Below are positions 26,395 to 37,605 of a DNA stretch of 64,000 nucleotides, piece by piece. The position numbers and the translations under genes were made by a program. The number at the start of each line of letters is the position of its first letter. Within the stretch, counting starts at the first letter, position 1. The stretch is from positions 98,766,001 to 98,830,000 of the forward strand of contig NC_083276.1 of assembly GCF_963506605.1 (NCBI RefSeq). Direction: 5' to 3'. The stretch comes from Zootoca vivipara. Lineage: Eukaryota. The notes beneath the pieces are model-generated. The model searched no databases. It worked only from the letters and a program-made list of their open reading frames with translations, and had not been told where the DNA came from.

Positions 26395-26590
26395 TTAGGA
26401 ACATAGGCAGCTGCCTTATCCAGAGTCAGAACATTCATCCATTTTGCTCAGTACTGTTCACACTGACTGGAAGCAGGTCTCCAGGGTTTCAGGCAGTGAA
26501 TAATTCCCAGCCCTACCTGGTGATGCATGCAGAAGGTCCCAGGTTCAATCCTCAGCATGGCAGATGCTCTACCACTGAGCTATGTCCTTT
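26395..26590 (-). mobile_element. tRNA-headed SINE with a CR1-like tail (Squam2-like) and an internal micro-inversion
   Basis: Head catagctcagtggtagagcatctgc on the minus strand; paralogous to 41145-41372. Confidence 0.7.
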
Positions 26591-27332
26591 CCCATTGTTA
26601 TTTGATGGACCTTTGCTGTTCCAGCTGTTTGAAATCTGAATATGGTTTTTTGAAAATTAAAACTAATTCACCTCTATGTGTCCTTCCTTTGCAAATAGTT
26701 TCCTTATAGCTTTGCTCAACCATTCACTTCCACACAATCCCAGAACACACAGAGCAGCAGAGCTGCTTCCATTTGTCCTGTTCCCACAAGCTCAAGCTCT
26801 GCCCTCCATGTATGCAGAGGGAAAGGTGAAGGGGGGGGGGGAGAATTGTCGTGTGTTTGGCTGATCGTGCTTAGAATCCTCCATGTCAATGGGAATGCCA
26901 ATCATGCAGGATTCCAGACAGTATGAAGTGTGTTCAGTTGTTCCATGCACAAAGGTCTGTGATGGGGACATAAGGAGAAGGGCTAGCATGCATCTCTCTC
27001 TCTCCATGCATTCTGAGCCCGGAGGCACTGGCACAATGGAGGATAGCAACCCAAACATTTGTGGATGGTAAGTCCTCTCTAAGCTTTTGAAATATGCTAA
27101 ACTACGTCCCCCCAAGCCCCCAAATATAAAACAACAATGAAATAGCTTTAAAATTTCTGAGGCAATCTGATCTCCACTTCCTTTACCTGAACAGTGTTGC
27201 AAAAGAGTCCTGCACAGGATTTTGATGGAAATCTTATGCCATAAATTTTACTAGTACAGTATAGGTCTTTCTACAGACTGCAATACTTTTATCTTACAGG
27301 TCTGGCATTATTTCCAGATTACAATAAAGTCC

Positions 27333-28097
27333 CTTCCGGCATAGCAGGAGGGGAGGTTGTGGGCACCCACCAGCCCTTCACGTGCTGGGGGGATGGCTGT
27401 CATCCCCGTGGCCATTGGCTGTGCCCCGGGTGCATCCAATCTGGATGTCCGGGGGGGGGGCGTGGCTCACTGACAAGTGAGCGCGTGGCCGGGGCTCAGT
27501 CTCTTGGTTCCTGCCTCCAGCTTTGGTTTTCCCGCCCACCCTCCCTTTAGGCAGGGCTTTCCTTTAGACATTGCTGCGGACCTCGGTTGGTTGCCGTTGA
27601 GGGGCCTGGTAGGAATTTTTCTACTTGGCAAATTGGCTCTGGCCGGGTGATTTTCGCCTACCTTGTAGCAACTCGTCACAACTTTGGTTCTGGTGGTTAG
27701 GCATTGGATTATCTCTGAAAGGTTATGGTGGGGGGGGGAGGTTGCTGCCATCACCTCCCCCAAAATGCTGAAGGGTACTCCCTTAAGGAGTCCGGAGGCG
27801 TGGCCATGTCCGAAGCCGTGGAAGGTGAGGGCCTAAGGCACGCCCCCTATTGGTGGCCCCAGGGTGAGTTCCTAGCTGAGCTGCGTCGCAGGGCTCACCC
27901 AATGGTGGTTAACCCTTCACAGACTGCCAGCACAACGGGCTGGAGTCAGATATAGTTGGTTAGATCCAATGCCTAAGCCAATACCTCTCTACATCCGTAA
28001 CCAATAAAGTTGTGGCCTTTTTTAATGCCCATTAACCTTATTCAATGTGTCCTGTGTCTTTATTTACTCCTGGAGGGATCTGGGTATCGCCACACAA
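27333..28097 (+). mobile_element. Non-coding DIRS/Ngaro-like terminal-repeat unit (copy A)
   Basis: GC-rich island with AATAAA (28003-28008) and a GT-rich downstream element. Shares several blocks with 41373-42208. Family call is from recollection of reptile Ngaro/DIRS ends (aataaagttgtggcc). Confidence 0.55.
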
Positions 28098-29371
28098 ATG
28101 GTTAAATAACCTCCTCCAGCACCTATGTTTAATCAAAGCACACAAGAATCACTGCATATCTTGGAATTACTACTAGTGGTGGCCTTTAATGAACAGAAAG
28201 TCCACAGAAGTATCCCCCCCTTTTTTTTGTTGACATAATAGAGGCAGTAATGTAAAGGTCATTACTTGTAATCACATTATTTGCTAGTCTTTTTTCCTCT
28301 AATGGGCTCTAACTATATAGGAGATTATCAAAGTACAAATTTAGAACTATCAGGTTGTCAGATGATTGCTGATTTGATGTCCTTTTCAAAACAACGGAGC
28401 TAGACTCTCTAGTATATGGTGCTGCAAGTGGGAGGAGAGGAAGTTCAACTGTATAAGCAGGCGTCTGTTATACTCACATTTGGACACCTAGGAAATACCA
28501 GGAACTACAGTTACCTGGCCTAGAGAAACTTTATATCTACATGGTTTATACTTATTTCATATGCTGATTTGAACAGTCTTTTCCTTTCTTTAGATTCTTG
28601 CAGTCCTTCTGAATATATATAATCAGGAAAGACAGAGAAATAGACTTTTTGGTAAAAGGAGAAAAAAAAGTGCCAGCACTCATATCCTGATGAAAATGCA
28701 GTAGCTGCCAGCACAAAATGGCTACCGTGGGCAGCAAAGCAAGAGCTGCCAATACTCTATATCAGTGATTAATGTCACAAAAAACCATGTGTATTCTGCA
28801 TTCTATAATGTACACAGCATGCACCACAGCTTCAGAGTGTTTCTCAGTTTCCAAAAGGTGGTTGACCCCTCATGCTAGCGGACTCCATAACCTAAAATAC
28901 ACAGAGACAGAATGTGTTTTGCATTTGGTTCTGTAACTAAGCAATGAGACAGAGAGTGATGAGTAAAATTGTTGGTGAACACCAATCAAGGATAAGGCAT
29001 AGGGCTTTGATATCAGGGGGGGGGGGACTCAACAAACTGGAGAAAAATGAATTATGAAGTATAAATGGCTTTTTCTTCTTCTTTGGTTCTTAACAGAGTT
29101 CATAACACAAGTTTTACGTTCCAGTCACTCATATTTCTTGACACTTCACTTGGTTTCTTCCCACATGGAGCAGTTTAATTAAGAGATAAATGATGTCTAC
29201 AACAGATGTCTTCATGTTTGCTGAAAGATGGAGAAACTCTGCCCACAACTTCTTCTAACAAGAGTGTGGCAGGGGAAATAGGTAAACAAGCAGCAATAGA
29301 ATGAGGATGCCCACTTGAAGGGGGAAAACCAAAGGAAGGAAGACTTTGAAGCAGAAAAAAATTGGCACATG

Positions 29372-29490
29372 TCAGCCTTTCCCAATCCGGTGCCCTCCAG
29401 ATGTTTTGCACTACAACTCCCATCAGGGAGAGAGGGTTGATTAGAGTTGTTGTCCAGAACAGCTGCAGGACATCAGCTTGAGGAAAGGCT
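29372..29490. mobile_element. Degenerate Charlie-type MITE
   Basis: ccctccagatgttttgcactacaactcccatc core shared with 11126-11261. Ends agcctttccc / ggaaaggct. Confidence 0.65.
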
Positions 29491-31784
29491 AGCATACATC
29501 AAAGAAACATTTGTAACGGCAAACCAATGTAGTTAAGGTAAAGAGTCAATATACACAAGTATCTCTAACATACAGTTATTATGCAAAAAGGTTGAATCAG
29601 GGAGAACATCACATTTATGTTGATAAGCAGGATTGCCAGTGTGGTCCACCATGGTCCAATCAAAATTCACACTTCTCCACATTTTTAAAAATAATAATTG
29701 CAAACTCATGGAAATATGGATAACTGAACTTAATATTGGTGTGGGGGGGGGTGAGAAACTGAGAGGAACCAAAATGGACAGCTTCACACACCCCTACTTC
29801 CTCCTCCAGGAAAACATAATGCTGACAGACGGGGAGCCTGAGGTTCATATTTAACCAGTCTTTCTCTTGTCCATATTCCATCATTCTGCTTCCCCCAGTA
29901 ACTATATTGAGCTGGATCTCTGAGTATGACATATGCAGCACTGTGACTGTAAAGATGCCCAAAATTATCTGAGATCTGGATATTTGAGGAAGAATTCAGT
30001 GTCACAGTGTGATTAACATTCCATTTGCACAAGCATTTCAGCTTGCCAGATGGAAACAAATTGTCTGTGTGCTGTTCTGGGCATTCTCATCTCCTGATAA
30101 CCCAGGCCAATTTTGAGGTATGCTGAGCATGCACAGGATGTGGCAGCAGAAGGGAAGCCCCATTGTACAAGAAGTTATTACTCAGGGCTTCTGCTGATAA
30201 GGCTCATTAGGTAAATCCCACCCATAAATTATCCTTTAAATTAAAAGTATTAAACAATACTGGTAGTATTGTTTTTTTGGCTGACAGTGCATTGAAAACG
30301 ACACAAATGCTCACTTTTCTTTCGCTGCTATTTAGTGCCTTCCCATTAGACTTCTTCTGACTGCTGGTGCTGCTAGGTGCTGCATCTTCTTTAAAATAAA
30401 TCACATACAAAGCTTCAGCCACTGTAGTACACTGATCATGTACATAGTGGAATGATAGAAACAGTGCTATGTAGCAGTAAGATTTAGCTAGAAGGCAGTG
30501 AGTGCATTGACTAGAAAGCCAGTTCAGAGTAAGGGCAATGCTTCCAGGAACAGCATTTCCCTCACTCTTAATGGGCGAACTTTTCTGCCTCATTTGAGAG
30601 CAACCCTTGGAAAATTACCCCAAAGAGGATAATTTTTGCCACTGCCAATCAGGTCTGTGAAAAAGCACAAGTCCCATATTTGGCTCAGGCTTGCTTAACC
30701 AAACAGTTTAGCTATAAAATATACTTTGCTTATTAAAAATGAATTTACAGAATGAAACCTGCAGATTAAGATGTGCCAAGAAGATAGAGTGCTCTTCTGA
30801 ACAAATACTGTTCCTTTTCTGCTTGTTCAGAAGTGCGAACAATAGTAGAGAAGAATGCATTCAGATAAAATAGGCTCTTCATTGCTCCTATCTTTCCGTC
30901 AATTCATTTCTTTAATTCAGCAGTTTATATATATATATATGCAAAACATGGACTTTTTCACTTTTCCTCAAAACCGTAAAGGGAAAACATGTTTTAAATG
31001 CAAAACTGGGGGAAATTAAAGATATGACAGTAATGTCTTGCTGCAGCTGGCCTAGCCATTTATTGTCGTTTTATGCTAATTAAAAAAATTAGAGAGAAAG
31101 TAAAATATAGACAAGCAACACTGCAAAAATTTTCATCTTAATAATGCCAGGTCTAGGAAAGTTGTGAGATGCACAGATGCTCCTAGAAACAGATGTATGC
31201 TAGTGCAGAGCAAAATGAAAATTTAAACATTTATTTTCTAGTAAATGTAGATGTTGGTTAAAAGAAAGGCTGACCAGACAGCATTAAAGATGTAGCAAAG
31301 CTCTAATAGCCTCCCACAACATGATTAGAGCTTCCTTAATTACCAGTTTTGCTATCTCTATCAGACCGCATAGCTCAGTCTGGATTATTTGAAATGGAAT
31401 CTGTTAAACATTTTTCACAGTCAACCCAACAACAATTACATGGAAGAGGCAAGATGTCATTGCTGATTAAAACATGCGGGGACATGTCTACTACAGCAAG
31501 TCATGGTGCACAGGGAGGAGCACTTATAACCTGCGAGATCAGAAGCAACCTGATTGTGATGATGGATCCAAACTCTGAAGAAACTATAAGTGTGTCCAGC
31601 ATCCAACTCTGTGGGTGTCGCAGATCCTCTTATTGGTCTGTAAGTGGTTAAGGTACATGAAGCAGAAAGCTGGAATGAATTGAATGTTCTTCCAATGGAG
31701 AGAGGTAGGAAGTGGGGCTCCCCAAGGATCGGTATATACACACAGTGAATATAATTCTATAGAATTCACTACCACAAGACAGAA

Positions 31785-32165
31785 CGATGGCCACCAGCTC
31801 AAATAGCTTTGAAAGAGGATTAGGCAAATTCACAGGGGATTAGGTCAGGCATCCCCAAACTTCGGCCCTCCAGATGTTTTGGACTACAATTCCCATCTTC
31901 CCCAACCACTGGTCCTGTTAGCTAGGGATCATGGGAGTTGTAGGCCAAAACATCTGGAGGGCCGCAGTTTGGGTATGTCTGGATTAGGTTATCAATGGCC
32001 ACAATGGCTGTGTACAACCTCCAGTATCAGACACAGTATGTGTCTGAATATCAGTTGCTGGGAATCACAAGCGGGAACAGACCTGTTGAGCTCATGTCCT
32101 TCTTGTCATCTTCCCAAAAGCATCTGGTTGGCCACTGTGAGAACACGATGCTGGACCAGTTGTGG
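31785..32165 (+). mobile_element. Old CR1-type 3' fragment interrupted by a MITE
   Basis: gatggccaccagctcaaatagctttgaaagaggattaggcaaattca...catctggttggccactgtgagaacacgatgctggac. Confidence 0.65.
31846..31981. mobile_element. hAT/Charlie-type MITE (136 bp), second copy
   Basis: Perfect 8-bp TSD gattaggt. Reverse complement of 11126-11261. Confidence 0.9.
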
Positions 32166-35100
32166 AAGTGTGCATGCATGTAACACACGGGTTATCGACG
32201 AAATTTATTTTAGCATATTCTGTTATTATAATGATTAATAATAATAATAATAATGCATTACTTCTGCAGCTTACGGCACCAAGTTCTGGAAGAGTCCACC
32301 AGCTTGGGATTCATTAATACCAATAGTTTTGACAAGTGCAGAGCAAATTAGATCCATTAGCAATGCTGTCCAATCTCTCTATGTATGTTTAGTGGAAAAA
32401 GCAAAACAGAATGTCATGCTACCTGGGCCAATATATTTTTAAATTAGCACTAAGAAGAATGGAGCTTTTCAGCCATGTAGCACAAAGATCTTGTGATTTA
32501 GCTATTATTTGCTGAACCCAGTATCAAATGTCCCTTGCCTTACTCGAACCAAGATTCTGTCCAAGACATGGCATAAACACCCAAAGACCCCAAAGGCTTA
32601 ATATGAACACGTGTAGATTTAAAGGAACTTTACATGCCTCCCCTTCCCACTGTATCCTCTTTTGACCAGCTCCTGAAAGTTGGAGATCCCTTCCTAGCAG
32701 TTTTTAACAGCACTTGGAAAATAAAACGGGCAACTATTTCCCTGGGAACAAATGTGCTTGGCTATTCTAGCAGGAGACACATTATATCTCATTTGAATAT
32801 GCTGGCAAACACCTACTGCTACATATTGCAAAGGATTCTGGGACATATTCTAGTTTACAGAGCGTTGCTTAAGCATGTGCCTTGAGAGGCGAATGTTTGG
32901 TTCAGTCACACACAGAGTTGCAGTAGTATTATCCGTGGTTTTAGGAAAATGTAACTTTATCTATCAGGTGCACTTTTAAATGTGTAGATCTCAGCAAGGA
33001 GAAGGTGACTTTATCAATTTGAATGCATAGCAAATATCCTTTAGAGCTGCTTCTGATAGTACAGATTTTTCCCATTACACACACAGTGTGGAGCTTTTCA
33101 TGAGCAGGTTCTGCATCAGAGTGGTTTATCAAGGATTCACATGATGTGTCTTATTTCAGACAGCAGGATAAAGGATATGTAACTGTGTGGTCTGTAGGAA
33201 GTGCATGTGTGCATGTGTGGGTGTGCATATCTCTGTGTATGTACCAACTGCAAAAATTCAGTAGGCCATCTGTCCTGTTTTTCCACCACTGCTGTTATTC
33301 ATTACTGTAAACCATTCACATAACACTTTAAAAATGCAATCTGTTTTAACATATTCGGTTTCTTCATCCACACAAAAAAACCAATAATACAAAACTCCGT
33401 CAAGTAGGTCATCGCTGCCTCACAAATGGAGAACTGAGTCTGACAATGAATTGCTGAGCAAAGATTTGAAACTGGCTCTTTCTTGGTGCAAATAAACCCT
33501 TAACTTTGTGTTGTACCCTAGCTCAGTGATAAACGGTACACTTAAAGCATACACACACCCATAATTGTTGCTCAGTAAGGGGTGAACTACAGTTCCCAAG
33601 ATTCTTTGGGGAGAAATTGTGTGTGCAGTCACAGGACATTAGGACAGTGCCTTGGCCTTGTTAGGTCTAAATCATCTTGCCAGGCAACTCCTTGATTGAT
33701 GAGTGGTTTCCAGTCATATATACTGTATGTTAATAGGCCCAGATTGTTTCCAAGGCAATCCAGTATGGTGTGGGAGAAGGCTCAGATACCTTCACATACT
33801 AATAAAATGTGACTAAATAGTCATCTAACCTTGTTTAAAGCTCATTTTCTTTCCTTTTCTAGTCCTCATTTTAATATCTGTGACTCTCCTCAATTTTCTA
33901 ATGTTTCCTTGCTGAGATAGGAGAAGAAAGAGAGCTTCAAATGTGCAAATCAGGTGGATCTTGGGCACCTCAAGGACCCACTCGTCAGGCAAGGAGTTGC
34001 CAAGCAATTGACAGCCTCCATCCTAAGAAGAACTCTGAAGATGCAGATCCAGTTGCCTGTCAACCAACCAGATTCACACTTTTGAAAGTACCCATGCATT
34101 TCCTGCATGGTTCCAAGGGCAGAGTGAAACAAAGCCATGGCTGGATCTTGCCTGTGAACCATAGGTGTCCACTCATCCTATAGGCAGATAGGGATTAAAT
34201 GACTTCGGCAACCTTTCCTCACCTACTCATTAGGTAACAGCCCATTCTGTGCATCAGATCTGCCAAGAATAAATCTTGAGGTCCCATAGGGATTGGTGGA
34301 ATCAGATGAACTAATGCTAAGCTTGCCTGTTAAGCAATTTGCTCTCTTTGTAGCTAACAAGTGAAGCCCTGGGAAGCTTTCTCATGTGGATGTTACTGTT
34401 TAATTCAAATGCTCTTGTGCTATTTTTAGATCCTCCTTCCTCTGCTTTTTTAGAGATGAGCTACTCTGGCCTTACAGGTACTTAAAAAAAATACCCATCA
34501 ATATATAGCCATCTCTGATGTAAGTACTGCTGTTTATTGACATTATGGACTGCCTCCAACATGAAGGGGGCTGCATGCCAAGAATCTACTGTCAGGCATC
34601 TGTCATTCATAGCAAGCATTATTTTCTAATGAAAGCACCATAACTGCCAGTAGTATCTTACTGCAGGTACAGGTTACAGACAAAGTGTGACTTCATACAT
34701 TGCTATGGTATTATGATACCCTCCCACCCCCAGCAATTGAAAACTCCTATAAAAGCTGCATGAAAACTGCTAAGAACCTCAAATGGGGCCTGTTTGAATC
34801 AAACTGAAGTTGCATATGATCTATTTTATTTATTGATCATAATACTGTATTTCTAAATCTCCAGCTTATTAAAAAGAAATGTCATGGCGGTGTACAATAA
34901 GCGCATCGGAAAATGATGAAATCAAAAGAAGCAGACCAATGGCCAATGCTGACTCAAATTAATTATCCAAAAATGCTGTCCTGATATTTCCTGCAACAAA
35001 AGCTTTGCTGCCTACCCCAAGTGGTGGTGCAGCTGTAGTCAGCAGAGCAATGGTGCTGCCCATATGCAAAGAATGTCTCAATTGGAACAAGACTACGTAG

Positions 35101-36904
35101 ATCATCATGACACAGAAATTTCCCTGGGGGCACTGTTGGTAAAACAAATATCAAATAATTTGGAGTTCTAGTTGTGAGTTAAATCGAAAGGAAAGTTACC
35201 AAGAACTCTGGCCAGAAATTTCAATGTAAGGAATAAAACCTACTCACGAGTTGCAGTCAAATAAAGGTATGTATTCTAGTGAGAATAACAGATTTAAACA
35301 GAACACAAAAAAGCTTCAGGTTCACAGGAGCATATGTAGCTTCAAATAGGTGTTGCACCTTAGAATTCACAAAATGTGTATACCATATATAATAGTACAT
35401 TAGATAAAAACAGCTAGTTGAATTTTAGGATGGAAAGTAGAGTATGGAGGAAGAGTTAAGTACAACTTCTTCATTTGCCCCTCATTGTCAACAGGAAATG
35501 CACTGGTTTGGCTAACTGGGATGTGTTGCAATGTGCAGTTTGGTTTTCTGTAGCCTGTGAAGTAAAAGAACTGTTGACTAGTGAAACAAACTAAGAAGAG
35601 CTGTTACAAAGTGGTTAGAATCCATATAATATGTCACTGGAATTCAGTGAAGCGTTCTATAAAATGACCTGTACCCACGCTACCTTATCTGTCTTCTAAA
35701 GCTTTACAAAAAGGTAGGTGTTTTTATCATTGCTTTTAGAACAAACACAGCAAATGACATCCCACAGTTGGCCAAAACTGTGTATCAGCACCACTTGCTT
35801 TTTCTTTAAAGGGCACTGAAGAGACACGGTACACTCTGGAATCTACCCAAATGCTTCTCTTTCTCCTTGTTTGGCCATTTATCATTTCTAAAGATGCTTA
35901 GAAGGTGAAAACAGACTGGGTGCAGGTGAAGGCTGGGGAGTTGTAATAAAATAGTGGGTGGTGATTAACTGCCTCTCTCTCTCTCCCTCTCCCCCCTCTG
36001 CCCCCCCTCTCTGAAACTCAGAAAAAAACTCTGAGAACATGTCCTCAAACATCTACAACTTTGATGCAGAATATCTGTCAGCTATTCAACAAGTGGTCCA
36101 CCAGAAAGTTAATCAAAGCACATGTAAAGAACCAGAAAAACTGTACATGCTTATGTTTTAACCTCGTGTTCTATAATACAGCTCTATAATAAAATAGAGG
36201 CATATTGGAGTGATTTGACACACTTCTGACAAATTCCAGAAGTGTATAACCATATTTTTGCAACATTTCTGCCCAAAGTTTTATCATCAGTTCTGTCCAA
36301 AGTTTCATTCATTTAGAACTGACACACAGTGATTGATTATGTGAATGCATGTGACATGTGCATAGATTATTGGTGCACCTTTTTTTTGGGGGGGGGGTGA
36401 CATGCACCTGGTGATGGGTGTGATAGTGATCAGTCACAGCACCAGTAATCAAAGTCACAGTCAATGCCACTGATATTTCCTTTGATGAAAGGGTAGCTGC
36501 TATCTTGCCTAAACTCAAAGTTCCTACATTGCACTCTTCATATGAGTAAACAGACTTTCTGTCCCTAAGCTGGCAGCCAGGTATATTCTTAGAAGCAACC
36601 TTAGGCATGAGCAGCCGCATGGTTGTTCATGGTTATCTGAAGCCAGTACCACTGAATTTGATGCATAACACTGCATCTTTCCTTGGCATGAACAAGGCTA
36701 TGTCAAACCTGTTACTAAGATACACCATCATTATTATCATCATCATCATCACCACCATCACCATCTGCCTTATATTTGATAATGTCCAAATACTTGGATG
36801 GGTAGTGACGAGTTTTTGAAGTATGTAATCCTACACATGGTTCTTTGGCATTGGCCCCAGTGACCTCAGTGGGACTTACCTCTAAGTCAAGATGTGCAAG
36901 GTCA

Positions 36905-37605
36905 GGCGGTGATGTGTTGTGGTTAGGGTGTCAGACTAGGAACTGGAAAGCCAGGGTTCTAGCCCACACTCAATGGGTGACCTTGGGCCAGTCTAATAAT
37001 AATAATAATAATTTATTATACCCCGCCCATCTGGATGGGTTTCCCCAGCCACTTCCAACAGAATATTAAAATACAATAGTATATTAAACATTAAAAGCTT
37101 CCCTAAACAGGGCTGCCTTCAGATGTCTTCTAAAAGTCTGGTAGTTGTTTTCTTTTTGACATCTGGTGGGAGGGCGTTCCACAGGGTGGGTGCCAGTATA
37201 GAGAAGGCCCTCTGCCTGGTTCCCTGTAACTTGGCTTCTCGCAGTGAGGGAACCGCCAGGAGGCCCTCGGCGCTGGACCTCAGTGTCCGAGCAGAACGAT
37301 GGGGGTGGAGACGCTCCTTTAGGTATACTGGACTGAGGCCACTTAGGGCTTTAAAGGTCAGCACCAACACTTTGAATTGTGCTCGGAAATGTACTGGGAG
37401 CCAATGCAGGTCTTTCAAGACCAGTGTTATGTGGTTTCGGTGGCTGCTCCCAGTCACTAGTCTAGCTGCCGCATTTTGGATTAGTTTCTGGGTCACCTGT
37501 TTGTCAGCCATCCTACCTCACAGGGTTGTTGCATGGATCAAATAGAGGAGGAGAACTATGTATGCCACCTTGATCTCCTTGGGGGATAGATTAGATATAA
37601 ATGTA
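36905..37605 (+). mobile_element. Old CORE-type SINE split by an L2 insertion
   Basis: Head at 36905-36994 (...gggtgaccttgggccagtc); the body resumes at about 37500 (tcagccatcctacctcacagggttgttg). Confidence 0.7.
36995..37497 (-). mobile_element. L2-type LINE 3' 500 bp (ORF2 C-terminus)
   Basis: ORF 37119-37511 reads LIQNAAARLVTG...HITLVLKDLHWLPV..RAQFKVLVLTFKAL, a classic L2 ORF2 tail. Confidence 0.9.

Noticed and set aside
37119-37511. 130-aa ORF as a host gene
   Set aside because: It is the C-terminal remnant of an L2 ORF2.
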